Source of the DNA: a virus
Taxonomy: Duplodnaviria > Caudoviricetes
DNA length: 45,074 nt
IMG/VR virus record: IMGVR_UViG_3300044674_002114
Location: 1 to 45,074 of that record
Direction: 5' to 3' (one strand)
This document shows positions 19,085 through 25,989 of this stretch, one piece after another. Every line of letters begins with the position of its first letter. The stretch's first letter is position 1. The position numbers and the translations under genes are program-made. A model generated the notes under the pieces. The model was not told the origin of the DNA. It did not search any database and saw only the letters and a program-made list of their open reading frames with translations.

Positions 19085-19230
19085 TTGCGTATCCTCCTTC
19101 GGATTGATTGTGTGATGCGATGCTTGAGCAGTGCCAGCTTGAGCTTGGCTAGCCTGATGACCTGCTTCTGCTTGTCCGTAGTGGCTGGACCGTCGTGGTA
19201 AGCCTCACGCTCGAACCAGTCTAGCTTCAT
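19081..19230 (-). CDS. Small hypothetical protein (MKLDWF...)
   Basis: ATGA overlaps at both ends; GGAGG SD. Confidence 0.6.
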   Translation of the reverse strand: MKLDWFEREAYHDGPATTDKQKQVIRLAKLKLALLKHRITQSIRRRIRK

Positions 19231-19550
19231 GGCTGTGCCTCCATGCTTGGGTTTAGTTGCCACATGTACTCGGGGCGTCCATGCCTGCCGCGACGCTTAT
19301 GGTCCGTCTTGACCAGCACCCCACGCTTGGTGAGGTTCGTGATAGCACGCCTGATGCTGGTGATAGGCCACTCCCCCTCTATCAGCTTCTCCACCTGCCA
19401 TGGACCGATAGCCCGGTCAGGGTGGGACCTGTAAAGAGACTCTATTGCCTCCTCCTGTGATATAGCACGCTCCCGGTGCTCCTTCAGGTCTTCTCCGGTC
19501 TCGTTTGTGGTGTTGTAAAATACGTCTCGAAGTCCGTTAATAAGTCCCAT
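19227..19550 (-). CDS. Winged-helix DNA-binding protein
   Basis: WPITSIRRAITNLTKRGVLVKT..GR.GRPE..W helix-wing pattern. Confidence 0.65.
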   Translation of the reverse strand: MGLINGLRDVFYNTTNETGEDLKEHRERAISQEEAIESLYRSHPDRAIGPWQVEKLIEGEWPITSIRRAITNLTKRGVLVKTDHKRRGRHGRPEYMWQLNPSMEAQP

Positions 19551-19574
19551 GGTAGTGTGTTGGTTGGTTGTGGA

Positions 19575-19853
19575 TTAGTTGAACCGATAGCTCTGCTGGT
19601 CATCCATGTGAGCCACGTAAAACTCTTCGTACTGGAACAGGCGGTACTTGATACGTGCCAGCTCCAGCACGTCTTCGGCTTCCCACTCGTCTGCATATTG
19701 TCGCAAGTCCTCGCGGGTCACGTCGAACGGGCTGATGTAGTCAGCCTCGGCAAGGCGTGCTATCGTGGCGGCTATCTTGTGCTTGCCAATGTCGGCGTTG
19801 CTGTAGAAGTCCGACTCGGACGGGGTTGGGTACAGTGTTTTGAAGTCTAGCAT
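19575..19853 (-). CDS. Hypothetical early protein
   Basis: Start reassigned to MLDFK after the leader AAAACACACACGACC. Confidence 0.7.
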   Translation of the reverse strand: MLDFKTLYPTPSESDFYSNADIGKHKIAATIARLAEADYISPFDVTREDLRQYADEWEAEDVLELARIKYRLFQYEEFYVAHMDDQQSYRFN

Positions 19854-19942
19854 GGTCGTGTGTGTTTTTGTTCTGTATTCCTGAATGTGGTATACAATCG
19901 TGTTTGTAGTGCAGGCGGCTTCGCGTTCGTAGCGTAGGCGGT

Positions 19943-20146
19943 TTATGGTATTCTTGCCATGTACTTGCAGTGGTCGCAGATCACGGGGTAGTTGTCCGTC
20001 AACCTGCCGCATGAGCAGTAGTCATTGTCAGGGTCTAGCGCTGGATCGTCGCACCCCTCTTCTTCCTGCTCCTCTGTCTTTCTCGGTTTCGGGAAGGCAT
20101 CAGCGATAGCCCTCAGGTACTGCACGTCTTTATCTATCGGTCTCAT
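19943..20146 (-). CDS. Small Zn-binding hypothetical protein
   Basis: Start MRPIDK directly after the 45-nt repeat leader; CSCG..CDHC. Confidence 0.65.
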   Translation of the reverse strand: MRPIDKDVQYLRAIADAFPKPRKTEEQEEEGCDDPALDPDNDYCSCGRLTDNYPVICDHCKYMARIP

Positions 20147-20188
20147 TGTCTTGGTAGGGTTGTGCCACCTTACGGGGTGGCTGGTGTG
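20144..20188 (-). repeat. 45-nt perfect direct repeat, copy A (contains CCGUAA hairpin 20164-20181, leader and ATG)
   Basis: Identical to 20424-20468. Confidence 0.95.
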
Positions 20189-20189
20189 C

Positions 20190-20426
20190 TTATTGTCCAA
20201 GGGTGACGAGTTGGTGGTCCCATATCCGACCACCCGTGTAATCGTCGGCGTTGGCATCGCCGACGTAGTCACGGCAACCATAGAACCACAGGGATCCGTG
20301 CCGTTTTTCAAGGTCTGCCCACCATGCGTCGAACTCGCGCCGCTCCTGAGCGTCAAGGTCATCATAGTCATCATTCTTGATGGCGAACGCCAAGTAGGTA
20401 GGTAGAATCAGATTAATCTGTGCCAT
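20190..20426 (-). CDS. Small acidic hypothetical early protein
   Basis: Bounded exactly by the two 45-nt repeats. Confidence 0.75.
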   Translation of the reverse strand: MAQINLILPTYLAFAIKNDDYDDLDAQERREFDAWWADLEKRHGSLWFYGCRDYVGDANADDYTGGRIWDHQLVTLGQ

Positions 20427-20468
20427 TGTCTTGGTAGGGTTGTGCCACCTTACGGGGTGGCTGGTGTG
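20424..20468 (-). repeat. 45-nt perfect direct repeat, copy B (contains CCGUAA hairpin 20444-20461)
   Basis: Identical to 20144-20188. Confidence 0.95.
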
Positions 20469-20471
20469 TGT

Positions 20472-20798
20472 CTAGTATTCGTCGGGCAGGAGCAGGGTGG
20501 TGACGCTTCGGTCGCGCTCCGTGATGATCCAAAACTTCTCGCCCTTCCAGTGATACGCGGACAGGATGCGGGATCCGTTTTCGACGGACCAGTCATTGGT
20601 GCGCTGGTCTTCCTCGTCTAGGTCTCCCCAATGCCCCGTGACGTGCATGAATACGTAGGGCATCACGTTGTCCAGCCCGATGGCATCGATGACGCCCGGC
20701 GTGGCTACGAGGTTGCCCAGTCCGAACCGTGGCGATAGTGATCCGTCAGAGATGTTGCCAACTTCAGGTACGGGGGTGGTGTATGGTGTGTGTTCCAT
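20472..20798 (-). CDS. Conserved plasmid/ICE-related small protein of unknown function
   Basis: F.LG..VATPG..H..G.WGDL..ED...N....G.RILSAY...WIITE.DRS.TT.LLP.EY pattern. Confidence 0.7.
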   Translation of the reverse strand: MEHTPYTTPVPEVGNISDGSLSPRFGLGNLVATPGVIDAIGLDNVMPYVFMHVTGHWGDLDEEDQRTNDWSVENGSRILSAYHWKGEKFWIITERDRSVTTLLLPDEY

Positions 20799-20815
20799 GG
20801 TCGTGTGTGTTTTGT

Positions 20816-20833
20816 GCCGCGTTACGGCGCGGC
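20816..20833 (-). promoter_or_regulatory. CCGUAA-loop hairpin, copy 3
   Basis: gccgcg CCGTAA cgcggc, 17 nt before ATG 20798. Confidence 0.8.
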
Positions 20834-20843
20834 TGGTGTGTGT

Positions 20844-21044
20844 TTATCGGTTGTCACCCTGTCGGCGCAGGGAGGTCTCAATCTGAGTCAGCGCCTCCCC
20901 CTCAAGGGGCGTGATCTCATACTCCTCCTGAAGCCTGAGCCTCATCTCTCGAAATATGTAGCGAAACTGCTCATCTGAGGCGGTCCATACGGCTTCGTAG
21001 ATAGACAGCATGTCGACGGGATCGATGTTGTGCGTGGTTTCCAT
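20844..21044 (-). CDS. Small hypothetical early protein
   Basis: Preceded by AAAACACACACGACC. Confidence 0.7.
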   Translation of the reverse strand: METTHNIDPVDMLSIYEAVWTASDEQFRYIFREMRLRLQEEYEITPLEGEALTQIETSLRRQGDNR

Positions 21045-21106
21045 GGTCGTGTGTGTTTTGTGGTGTGTGTAGGTGTGTTACGAGGTGTGAATCGGTTGGT
21101 TCCCGG

Positions 21107-21289
21107 CTATTTGCCGTACCCTCTGCGCTTGTTGTACCTGCGCTCCCAAAAGGTCACGGGGTCTTCGTCCTTCTCCCAGTCGAACCACCAAGCGTATTCG
21201 CTTTCGCGGTTGATCTCGGGCTTCTCTGATGGTATCGCTTGATCGGCTGGCGCAAGCGCCCCGGTCTTGGTTCTGCGTAGTGTCTGCAT
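21107..21289 (-). CDS. Small hypothetical early protein
   Basis: MQTLRR start 4 nt after the upstream stop. Confidence 0.55.
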   Translation of the reverse strand: MQTLRRTKTGALAPADQAIPSEKPEINRESEYAWWFDWEKDEDPVTFWERRYNKRRGYGK

Positions 21290-21293
21290 TGGT

Positions 21294-21395
21294 CTATCCG
21301 ATGATGGTTCTGATGATGAAGTAGGCTGTGCCAAGCGTGAGCCCGGCGAGGCATACGCGGTCTAGCACGCGGCATATTTTGTCGATAGGTGCCAT
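21294..21395 (-). CDS. 33-aa putative membrane peptide
   Basis: MAPIDKICRVLDRVCLAGLTLGTAYFIIRTIIG after the leader AAACACACACGACC; first ORF 3' of the ribozyme. Confidence 0.6.
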   Translation of the reverse strand: MAPIDKICRVLDRVCLAGLTLGTAYFIIRTIIG

Positions 21396-21437
21396 GGTCG
21401 TGTGTGTTTGTGTGTTTGTCTGCGGGTTCGGGTGTCG

Positions 21438-21491
21438 AGCCTCGTCAGCGCTGGCGATACCAGCGGACGGTCTTACGGGACCGTTTCGGCT
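21438..21491 (-). ncRNA. Type II hammerhead self-cleaving ribozyme
   Basis: AGCC-GAAA-CGGUC(CCGUAA)GACC-GUC^-CGCUGG(UAUCG)CCAGCG-CUGACGA-GGCU: all core nucleotides and three Watson-Crick stems; cleavage predicted between 21466 and 21465. Confidence 0.92.
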
Positions 21492-21499
21492 TGGTTGGT

Positions 21500-22381
21500 T
21501 TAGGCGTAGAAGTCCGCGAGGTCGGCATGCCCGACCGTGCCCAGCATGGTGAGCATGTGCTCCTTGACGCTGTTGTGTTGGCTGTCCCGGTCGATGGACC
21601 CGATGACGGCGTTGGCGTCTAGCACATTGGCGAGCTCGCCTAGGTCCCAGTTGACCTTGCCGTAGCCGGGCGTCAGCTTTTCGAGGGTTGTCTTGCCGCC
21701 CGAGAGCTCGTGCACCATTGCCTCGTCCACGCGGAACATGCCACGGCGAAACCAGCTTGGGCAGACCAGCGTCTTGATGAAGCGCTCCACGTCGAGGGGC
21801 TCGTCGGCACGCTTGATCGGCACAACCGAGTTGAGGTACTTCTTGCCGGTCGGCTTGACGAACGTGTCGTGATAGCTCGAGTAAGCAACCAGTAGCTCGA
21901 CGCGGTAGCCGTTGGACTCGAGCAGGTCGACCGTGCATGCTAGAGCCACGCCGTAGCGGACCATGCTGTCCGTGCTGGTCCATCCAGCCACGGCACCACC
22001 GGCGAGGATGGTGATAATGTTGCCGGTGCCCTCGATCTCCTCGAGGCGGTAGTCTAGCATGTTCTCGGGCTCACCGTCCACGTAGCGACCCATGTCGACC
22101 ACGGACCCGCACACGTCGAAGGCGGCTTCGAAGGACTCGACCACGGGCGCATTGATCGGCACGCCGCTGTCGCGTCTAGCGTCTGCGAATTGCTTGCGAC
22201 CGTCTGCCCATCCGGTGGTCATGAGCTCGACGTGGTGGTCCCAGTCGCGGGAGAAGGCGAAGCCCTCGCTGTTGTCCTTGGATGAATCCCAAGGAGCCTT
22301 GCTGTTCGTGCCGTAGGACACGGCGTCCTCGATGCTGTCGAAGATGAAGGTGTTGCTGGTGGCTGTCTTGATGCGTTTCAT
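21500..22381 (-). CDS. MoxR partner, degenerate VWA-like protein
   Basis: DVCGS.VDMGRY..GEPE.M and L...VDLLE..GYRVEL pattern; immediately downstream of the AAA gene. Confidence 0.55.
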   Translation of the reverse strand: MKRIKTATSNTFIFDSIEDAVSYGTNSKAPWDSSKDNSEGFAFSRDWDHHVELMTTGWADGRKQFADARRDSGVPINAPVVESFEAAFDVCGSVVDMGRYVDGEPENMLDYRLEEIEGTGNIITILAGGAVAGWTSTDSMVRYGVALACTVDLLESNGYRVELLVAYSSYHDTFVKPTGKKYLNSVVPIKRADEPLDVERFIKTLVCPSWFRRGMFRVDEAMVHELSGGKTTLEKLTPGYGKVNWDLGELANVLDANAVIGSIDRDSQHNSVKEHMLTMLGTVGHADLADFYA

Positions 22382-22398
22382 GGCAATGTGTGTTTGGG

Positions 22399-22418
22399 GC
22401 TGGCGTTACGGCGCCTGC
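22399..22418 (-). promoter_or_regulatory. CCGUAA-loop hairpin, copy 1
   Basis: gc-a-ggcg CCGTAA cgcc-a-gc, 17 nt before ATG 22381. Confidence 0.7.
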
Positions 22419-22428
22419 GGGTGTGTGA

Positions 22429-23577
22429 TTAGAGGGATGCTTTGAGGCTGGCGCGCTCGTCAGCTCCGAGGGCTGACAGGAGCACGAGGTCCAGCGCCTC
22501 ATCCTTGCTGAAGCCAGCGGCGAGAGCACGGGCTCCACGGATCTTGGCACGAGTGCCGATGGTGACGCGCAGACCGGTCTCGACGGCGCGGTCGCGTAGC
22601 TTGTCGATGGTCTCGATCCAGTCGGTGGCATCCTCCGTGCTGGCACCCTGCGCCAGTGTGAGCTCACGCTCGAAGTCGAGGTCGTACGACCAGTCGATCC
22701 AAAACATGCGGTCCAGCGTGCTGGCATCCTGCTGGCGTCCACCCACGTACTCGCGGGATGCGCCGCGTCCGGTGGTGTTCATGGCAACCACGACCCGGAA
22801 GTCGGGGTGCTTCTCGACCTTGCCGTGAGGGAACTCGACCACGGTGGTGTCGGAGTCGAGGATGCCGTTCATCTGCTTCGAGACGCCGGGGTGGCAGGTG
22901 TCGTACTCGTCCAGCAGGAGCACGTGCCCCTCCGTGATAGCACGCGCCACGGTGTCTTTGCGATGCTGACCGTTGGCATCGACGAAGCCGAAGATGTCGG
23001 ACGCGCTGGTCTGCGCACCCACCGAGATGGCAGTGAACGCCTGACCGTACGCCTTGGCGGCGGCACGGGCGGCTGACGTCTTTCCGGACCCGGCTGGACC
23101 GACGAGCGCCACTGTGCCAAGGGCGAGAGCCTTGACCAGCTTGTCGAAGTGCGGGTGCTGGCGTCCCACGTCCACGGTCGGACGGTCGGGGATGACCACC
23201 TCGACGGTGCGTGCTGGCATGCTGGCGAGCTGTTCCTGCACGATGGACACCACGGCGTCCCGGTCGATGCTGGCAGGTTGCTGACCCATGAGCCCACGGA
23301 GCCCGGCGAAGAGCAGGTCGGCAGGGTCGGACCCTAGGGGCTGGACGCCCGGTGCTGGCACGGTGTTGCCGTGGTTGAGACCGCTGACCAGCGCATCGAT
23401 CATTGCGTCCTTGCGTGCACTGGCAACCCACGTGGTGCCGTCAGGGTGGTCGGCGAAGTTGATGCGGCATGCCTCTCGCAGTGCGTTGGCTGACCGGTTC
23501 TGTAGGACGGTGCGCAGGGCGTTCTCGTCGTAGCTACCGGCTTCGTACTTGCGGATGATGGAGATGATGGGGTTCAT
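22429..23577 (-). CDS. MoxR/CbbQ/CobS-like AAA+ ATPase (AAA_5)
   Basis: Walker A GPAGSGKT, Walker B LLLDEYD, HPDFRVV.AMNT.G, D.STLDR arginine finger. Confidence 0.9.
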   Translation of the reverse strand: MNPIISIIRKYEAGSYDENALRTVLQNRSANALREACRINFADHPDGTTWVASARKDAMIDALVSGLNHGNTVPAPGVQPLGSDPADLLFAGLRGLMGQQPASIDRDAVVSIVQEQLASMPARTVEVVIPDRPTVDVGRQHPHFDKLVKALALGTVALVGPAGSGKTSAARAAAKAYGQAFTAISVGAQTSASDIFGFVDANGQHRKDTVARAITEGHVLLLDEYDTCHPGVSKQMNGILDSDTTVVEFPHGKVEKHPDFRVVVAMNTTGRGASREYVGGRQQDASTLDRMFWIDWSYDLDFERELTLAQGASTEDATDWIETIDKLRDRAVETGLRVTIGTRAKIRGARALAAGFSKDEALDLVLLSALGADERASLKASL

Positions 23578-23638
23578 GTGTGTATCCTCTAGGTGTGTTT
23601 GTGTGTGTGTGCCGGGGTGTGTCCCGTTGGCTGGTCTA

Positions 23639-23668
23639 ACAATACGGCGCTAGAGCAACACGTGTCAA
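23639..23668 (-). promoter_or_regulatory. Sigma70-type early promoter
   Basis: TTGACA (23668-23663), 18-nt spacer, TATTGT (23644-23639); about 60 nt upstream of the first early gene. Confidence 0.65.
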
Positions 23669-24101
23669 GCATGCTAGCAAACTTTTTTTTGATTGCCTAC
23701 CAAAATCGCCCTCCACGCCCCCTACAAGCCCGAAAAAAAAATCTAGCACCACCCTGCTTCAGCATGCCTGCATGCCATGGTCTATTGCCTTTCGCTGACA
23801 CCTAGTGAGACCCGGTGGCACAGGTACCTTCTGTGCGTATGTTCCGTGCTGTCTCGTGTATGCCTAGGCGTTGGACTGCCTTGCGGTGTGATCCATAGGC
23901 GATCTTCCCGTACCTGCTGGCACTACTGGCGCGGCTAGGCGGTGGCGTGCTAGCACGAGCGGCACTGCTGGCTGGAGGGCTGCCCTTCGCGCACACTTTT
24001 GCGCACATTTTAAACGTGTCTTGACCCCCCATAGAACCCGAATTAGGGGGGTCGGGTCACATTTTACTATACCCACTCCTGATGTCGCGCTTTATTTTGG
24101 G

Positions 24102-24398
24102 TTATCCACAGCGAGATGTGCTTTTCTGTGGATTTCTCAACGGGAATCAGCTTGAAGGCTGGCTTAGGCGCCTTCTCTATAAGCCCAGAAACAAAAAAAA
24201 TATATATATATTCTCTGGGCGTGGTGCAGGAATGGCTGGTCGGCCAAGGATGCAAGATCAGGGGCGTCGCTCGCTACACTTCGTTCCGCTTGGCGCCGCT
24301 TGCCAGACAAAAGCGTCTTCAAATATTGATGAGTTGGGCTTTTGTTTCATATTTTTTGATATGACTTATGCACAAAATGAATCCACACCTGTTGATAA
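24102..24398. other. Putative oriC-like replication origin (DnaA-box cluster and AT-rich tract)
   Basis: TTATCCACA 24102-24110, TTATGCACA 24366-24374, TTATCAACA (-) 24390-24398, weaker boxes at 24127-24135 and 24379-24387; AT tract 24189-24212. Confidence 0.6.
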
Positions 24399-24402
24399 CC
24401 CT

Positions 24403-24573
24403 ATGACGTACGTATATCAGAGAGAGGATGGTACTAGATTCGAGGTTGAGCAGAGTATGAAGGATAAGCCTCTGAAGAAATGCCCTGAGACGGGTCAGAA
24501 GTGCCGAAGAGTCATCACTGGTGGCTACGCCACGCTGTTTATGGGCAATGGCTGGCCTGATCTGAACAACTAG
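24403..24573 (+). CDS. FmdB-like zinc-ribbon protein (degenerate)
   Basis: MTYVY..FEV.QSM.D.PL..CP......R.I......F.G.GW pattern; the 24082 start in the ORF track crosses the origin-like region and is unlikely. Confidence 0.7.
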   Translation: MTYVYQREDGTRFEVEQSMKDKPLKKCPETGQKCRRVITGGYATLFMGNGWPDLNN

Positions 24574-24576
24574 GCT

Positions 24577-24789
24577 ATGTCGCAGATACTAATAGAGCTA
24601 AAGGACGGCCCTAGGGCTGGCGATACCATCAAGATCAACAACATCTGGGAGTATCCTGAGACGATTAAAGTGCCGTACAGGGACGCTGCTGGCGTCATGT
24701 CGTTTATAGAGTACCAGAAACATGCTGTCGAGCGGGACGTTTTGCGCAAGAAGAGCCATAAATGGGTCTATAAGCAGCAAAAAGGGTGA
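24577..24789 (+). CDS. Hypothetical protein
   Basis: Tiles the operon; L.DGPR.G motif. Confidence 0.65.
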   Translation: MSQILIELKDGPRAGDTIKINNIWEYPETIKVPYRDAAGVMSFIEYQKHAVERDVLRKKSHKWVYKQQKG

Positions 24790-24792
24790 TTT

Positions 24793-25017
24793 ATGACACA
24801 TATTGAGCAAGTGGGCAAGATTCTAGAGGGCGCTAGCCAAAAAGAACGCCTACAGGTAGCCACGTGGATCGTTTTGTCCTGTTTGGATCACACGCAGGAA
24901 GGAATGACGGAGGCTGACTCCTATCTTGACGTTGTGACGCGGCATTGCGGCGACATCCTGTCCGCAGCTCGCGGAAAACTGATGCGATACGGCAACAACG
25001 GCTACCCCAACAAGTGA
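24793..25017 (+). CDS. Hypothetical protein
   Basis: Tiles the operon. Confidence 0.65.
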   Translation: MTHIEQVGKILEGASQKERLQVATWIVLSCLDHTQEGMTEADSYLDVVTRHCGDILSAARGKLMRYGNNGYPNK

Positions 25018-25019
25018 TT

Positions 25020-25082
25020 ATGGCCGACACCATTGTCCAGCGACTAAGAACACCACTTTTTGACGGGTCAGCGATAGAATAA
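25020..25082 (+). pseudogene. Diverged duplicate of the first 21 codons of the 25093 gene (20-aa mini-ORF)
   Basis: MADTIVQRLRTPLFDGSAIE* versus MADTIVRRLRTPPFDGSAIEY; 7 differences in 63 nt. Confidence 0.85.
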
Positions 25083-25092
25083 GCAAGTTATT

Positions 25093-25989
25093 ATGGCCGA
25101 CACTATCGTCCGGCGACTGAGAACACCTCCTTTTGACGGGTCAGCGATAGAATATGCTGTCTACCAGCAGCATGAGGCGGATCGCTTGGGCATAACATAT
25201 CACGACGACTACCGAGCGGCAGAGCCGGGAGAATGGATTCTTACTGCCGACGGATGGGTAGGGGAGCTACTTATTAGGAAAGAGTCGATGACACATCGGC
25301 CAAGCAGGGGCATGCTGGTCGACCTGACCTTTTCCTTTGCCAAAGACCGCTTCGTAGTAAAGGCAGATAGCATAGAGCATGGCAGGGAGGTGCTAGAGAA
25401 GGAGGGTCACTGGGGCGATCACATCAAGAACACGCTCAGGGATAAGCTAGAGTACCTGCCCTACAAGTATCTGGGCCACGGGTACCACTCGCCAACGCCC
25501 ATGTCGTGGGTAGATGATATATTAAGGCGTACAAGGGGCAAGGTCGCCATACAGATGTTTGCCGACAGGCTCATATCTAGTGACTTCAAGCTCAGAGAAG
25601 AAGACTTTCACGATATAGGTAAGGTTTTGGAGCCAAACGCAAAAGTTCCAGCAGCAAAAGCCAAACTTGTCTACAAGCAGCCCAAGGTCAAAGAAGAGGT
25701 CATCAAGAAGACCAGTGAGTACCTACATGAGCGCGGGATGGATATGGGCTTTGTGCTAGACGTATACAAAGACGCCATCACGGTTGCCGAAAACACTGGC
25801 AACGCCAAGAACATGATAGACGCCGCAGACCGCATCAGAGAGGTCATAACGACCGAAGAGAAGAGCGGAGGCGTCGAGGCCAACTGGGAGCTCTTGGAAG
25901 CACCAGCGGCGGAGGAGCCCAAGTTCCTGCCGGAGCGGCTCGAAGTAGCCGAAGAGCCCGACGAGCACGCAGAAGATGGTGATAACTAA
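25093..25989 (+). CDS. Putative terminase small subunit
   Basis: Coupled (TAATG) to the large terminase gene; helical C-terminal half; called on synteny only. Confidence 0.45.
   Translation: MADTIVRRLRTPPFDGSAIEYAVYQQHEADRLGITYHDDYRAAEPGEWILTADGWVGELLIRKESMTHRPSRGMLVDLTFSFAKDRFVVKADSIEHGREVLEKEGHWGDHIKNTLRDKLEYLPYKYLGHGYHSPTPMSWVDDILRRTRGKVAIQMFADRLISSDFKLREEDFHDIGKVLEPNAKVPAAKAKLVYKQPKVKEEVIKKTSEYLHERGMDMGFVLDVYKDAITVAENTGNAKNMIDAADRIREVITTEEKSGGVEANWELLEAPAAEEPKFLPERLEVAEEPDEHAEDGDN

Noticed and set aside
19860-19945. Second ribozyme or promoter in this intergenic gap
   Set aside because: Only a weak tacaa/ttgta stem; no hammerhead core or clear -35/-10 pair
20144-22418. CRISPR array or integron attC reading of the repeats
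   Set aside because: Spacing is gene-sized and irregular, there is no cas or integrase gene, and there are no attC R/L boxes
21294-23431. Long alternative-frame ORFs (229, 188, 255 aa)
   Set aside because: Arg/Pro-rich shadows of the GC-rich AAA and VWA-like genes; only the last 33 codons of the 229-aa ORF look real
24082-24402. N-terminal extension of the 163-aa ORF
   Set aside because: It crosses DnaA boxes and homopolymer tracts; family-like sequence begins at Met 24403
25020-25155. DGR template/variable repeat pair
   Set aside because: Substitutions are not restricted to adenines and no reverse transcriptase is present
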